Part shown: piece after piece, positions 61,814 to 64,000 of the stretch
How positions within the stretch are numbered: the first letter of the stretch is position 1
Layout: every line of letters begins with the position of its first letter
Source of the DNA: Campylobacterales bacterium
Lineage (GTDB): Bacteria > Campylobacterota > Campylobacteria > Campylobacterales > QNZT01
Length of the DNA stretch: 64,000 nt
Direction: 5' to 3'
Assembly (NCBI GenBank): GCA_024278835.1
Contig: JAJRSK010000053.1
Coordinates: forward strand, 21,658-85,657
Program-made: the position numbers and the translations under genes
Notes under the pieces: generated by a model
Databases searched by the model: none
Told to the model about the DNA's origin: nothing
The model's input: the letters and a program-made list of their open reading frames with translations, nothing else

Positions 61814-63077
61814 CTCTGTTTCCCTCTTTTTTAAATATTTTTAATACTACTTGGTTACCTTTAGTATTGTAGTAAAAAGCATCCACCAATTTTGATATCA
61901 TCAACAATCCCCTGCCATTAAACTTATCTTTCTTTAAGAGGCGATTCTTCATAATATCGGTACTAAAGCCATCTCCTGCATCTTTAACTTCAACTTTTAG
62001 GGTTTTTTGTCCATTTTCATCTTTCATGTGTAGATTTATATGAATCTTTTTTTCTCCATGTTCTAACTCTTTTTCTTTGACAAGTGCATCATACGTACCA
62101 TTTTCCATATACGATGCTTTTTCATCACCATTTATGCCTAAATTTCCATGCTCATAAGCATTGATGAGCACTTCTGTGAATGCATTTAACATATAAGCAC
62201 TACATTTGGCATCGATATCATTTTCACGTAAAAAAGCTTCTACTGTTTCAATAGCACCATCTAAGGCCTCCATATGACTTTTGATGGAAACTCTTTGTAA
62301 ACAACAGTGGCAACAAACCTCTTTTTCTATGTATAAAAAGGTCATATCATCATCAAAAGTGCCCACCCTCTTTTGGGCACAGGCTAAAAAGTCCTTATAA
62401 TTAATCGCATTTTTAAAATCCTCATCCATATACTCTTTATACATGTGAGAGTCCTCGATGATAGTTTCATTGAGCCCATCACTGTAGATGAGTATCTTTT
62501 TGAAGTTTTTAAGGTTTGTTGTGTTGATTTTAATTTCGGATAAAAAACTTGATAGAGGGAAATTATTTGCTTTGATGTACTCTATAGAGTCATCAAGTGT
62601 TTGTAAAAGCACAGGAGGCATGCCAAATATAGCACTTTGGAGTTGATTTTCTTTAAAATCAAACAACATAAATGAAACAGACACAACCTCATCTGGAAAG
62701 ATAAGACGTTTGATATAGTCATGGTATTCACTAACACAGGATTTTAAATCAAACTCTTTTGTTTCATCATATCTGTCTATATAATAGTTCAAAAAAGAGG
62801 AAGAGATGATAGAAGTGATAGACGCCGTGATACCCTTGCCCATCGCATCCACCAAGAAGAGAAAGATTTTATCTTCTCCCACTTTCCTGATAGAGTAGCT
62901 ATCTCCACTTGGTTGTTGTAGAGGTTTATAAGAGATATCAAAGAACCATCTTCCTCTTTTATTTTCAAAGTATTGATAATAGAGATCATTTCGAAGGGTT
63001 AAAATCTCTTTTTTGAAAACATCATGATGATCTAAATCGTTTTGGACTGCTTTCTCTTCTTTAGTCATATGCATCAT
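61797..63077 (-). CDS. SpoIIE/PP2C phosphatase fused to RsbW-type HATPase
   Basis: SGDSY, DAMGKG, YSDGLNE, DDDMT; EVLINAYEHGN, DAGDGF, GRGLLMI. Confidence 0.85.
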   Translation of the reverse strand: MMHMTKEEKAVQNDLDHHDVFKKEILTLRNDLYYQYFENKRGRWFFDISYKPLQQPSGDSYSIRKVGEDKIFLFLVDAMGKGITASITSIISSSFLNYYIDRYDETKEFDLKSCVSEYHDYIKRLIFPDEVVSVSFMLFDFKENQLQSAIFGMPPVLLQTLDDSIEYIKANNFPLSSFLSEIKINTTNLKNFKKILIYSDGLNETIIEDSHMYKEYMDEDFKNAINYKDFLACAQKRVGTFDDDMTFLYIEKEVCCHCCLQRVSIKSHMEALDGAIETVEAFLRENDIDAKCSAYMLNAFTEVLINAYEHGNLGINGDEKASYMENGTYDALVKEKELEHGEKKIHINLHMKDENGQKTLKVEVKDAGDGFSTDIMKNRLLKKDKFNGRGLLMISKLVDAFYYNTKGNQVVLKIFKKEGNRDGKYS

Positions 63078-63081
63078 TATC

Positions 63082-63999
63082 TCACGTTTTAAATTTTTCT
63101 AAAGAGTTATTTAACTCATCTGCCTTAGAGGCTAATGAGCGAGAAACGCTGTTGACACTCTCTCCTGCTTCTTTGTTTTCATGTGTCACTTCCACGATGC
63201 CTGACATATTGTCAATAAGTTCTTTGGTTCTTTGCGCTATGTAGGTTGTTTTATGGACTGAAACAGACGATATCTCTACACTTTTTCCTAGTTTTTCACT
63301 CGTAGCATTGGCATCTGTAATAAGGTTGTCAGCATCCTCTGAAATTGTCATAAACTCTGAGGACGTACTGCTGATTTCATTGGTGATATTGTGAATAGTT
63401 TGGGTAATGATGTTGACATTGAGATTGATTTCTTGAAGAGACTTTTGTGTTCTCTCTGCTAGTTGTCTCACCTCATCTGCCACGACGGCAAACCCACGAC
63501 CATGTTCTCCTGCCCTAGCTGCTTCGATAGCAGCATTGAGTGCGAGAAGATTGGTTTGGTCTGCTATATCACCGATGATAGAGATGATATCTTTGATTTG
63601 TGTGGCTTGGGTGTTGAGTTCACTCATCTGAGTTGAGAGTCCATCTTGTCTTGCATTCCCTGAGTTTATCTTTTCCACAACATTTTCTAAATCACTGACA
63701 AAATATTCTAGCGTTTTTTGCGTCTCTTCTAAATCCTCAGTTGTAGAGATGACTTGCTCTTTTGTGATATCGAGATTTTGCCCTACATCTCTGATAAGCA
63801 CATTAGCATCTTCAAAAAGTTTCTCCGTTTGGGATATATTTTCAGCCAAGCGTTTTGCTGTATCTTCTAGACCATGACTTGCTTTTTGTGTCTCTAAAGA
63901 GTTGTTTTTTGTATCTTGAATCGTCTCTTTAAAGACAGATATGAGCCTATTAACAGCATCAGCAATCTCTTTTAATTCACCCCTAGAGTCTGTCTTAAT
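63082..63999 (-). CDS. Methyl-accepting chemotaxis protein; 5' end lies beyond the window
   Basis: [38 protein letters not shown]; frame is open to the window edge through a HAMP-like segment ([11 protein letters not shown]). Confidence 0.95.
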   Translation of the reverse strand: MKTDSRGELKEIADAVNRLISVFKETIQDTKNNSLETQKASHGLEDTAKRLAENISQTEKLFEDANVLIRDVGQNLDITKEQVISTTEDLEETQKTLEYFVSDLENVVEKINSGNARQDGLSTQMSELNTQATQIKDIISIIGDIADQTNLLALNAAIEAARAGEHGRGFAVVADEVRQLAERTQKSLQEINLNVNIITQTIHNITNEISSTSSEFMTISEDADNLITDANATSEKLGKSVEISSVSVHKTTYIAQRTKELIDNMSGIVEVTHENKEAGESVNSVSRSLASKADELNNSLEKFKT

Positions 64000-64000
64000 C

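Overview
AT-rich (~36% GC by eye) chromosomal window from a Campylobacterota bacterium (Sulfurospirillum/Sulfurovum/Sulfurimonas-like). The assignment rests on hobA, the ilvC-minD-minE-dprA-ruvX synteny and a clade II cytochrome-c nosZ. Most genes are housekeeping: ftsAZ, rsmH, lysC, tatBC, queA, acs, secA, lolA and pdxJA. The window also has a nos-adjacent NosL/ABC cluster, an MSHA-like pilin cluster with a 2211-aa adhesin, a CI/S24 repressor divergent from dinB, and a partner-switching module. The main unexplained signal is a highly iterated palindrome, TATCATGATA (consensus YTATCATGATAR). I counted 36 exact copies by hand against about 0.2 expected. Copies lie inside genes (read as Ile-Met-Ile or Tyr-His-Asp), at start/stop junctions, and as paired hairpins between convergent genes, resembling HIP1 or DNA uptake sequences. 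Also notable are a 266-bp branched MITE-like element upstream of the adhesin operon and an in-frame TAG splitting secA. No rRNA, tRNA or CRISPR array was seen.
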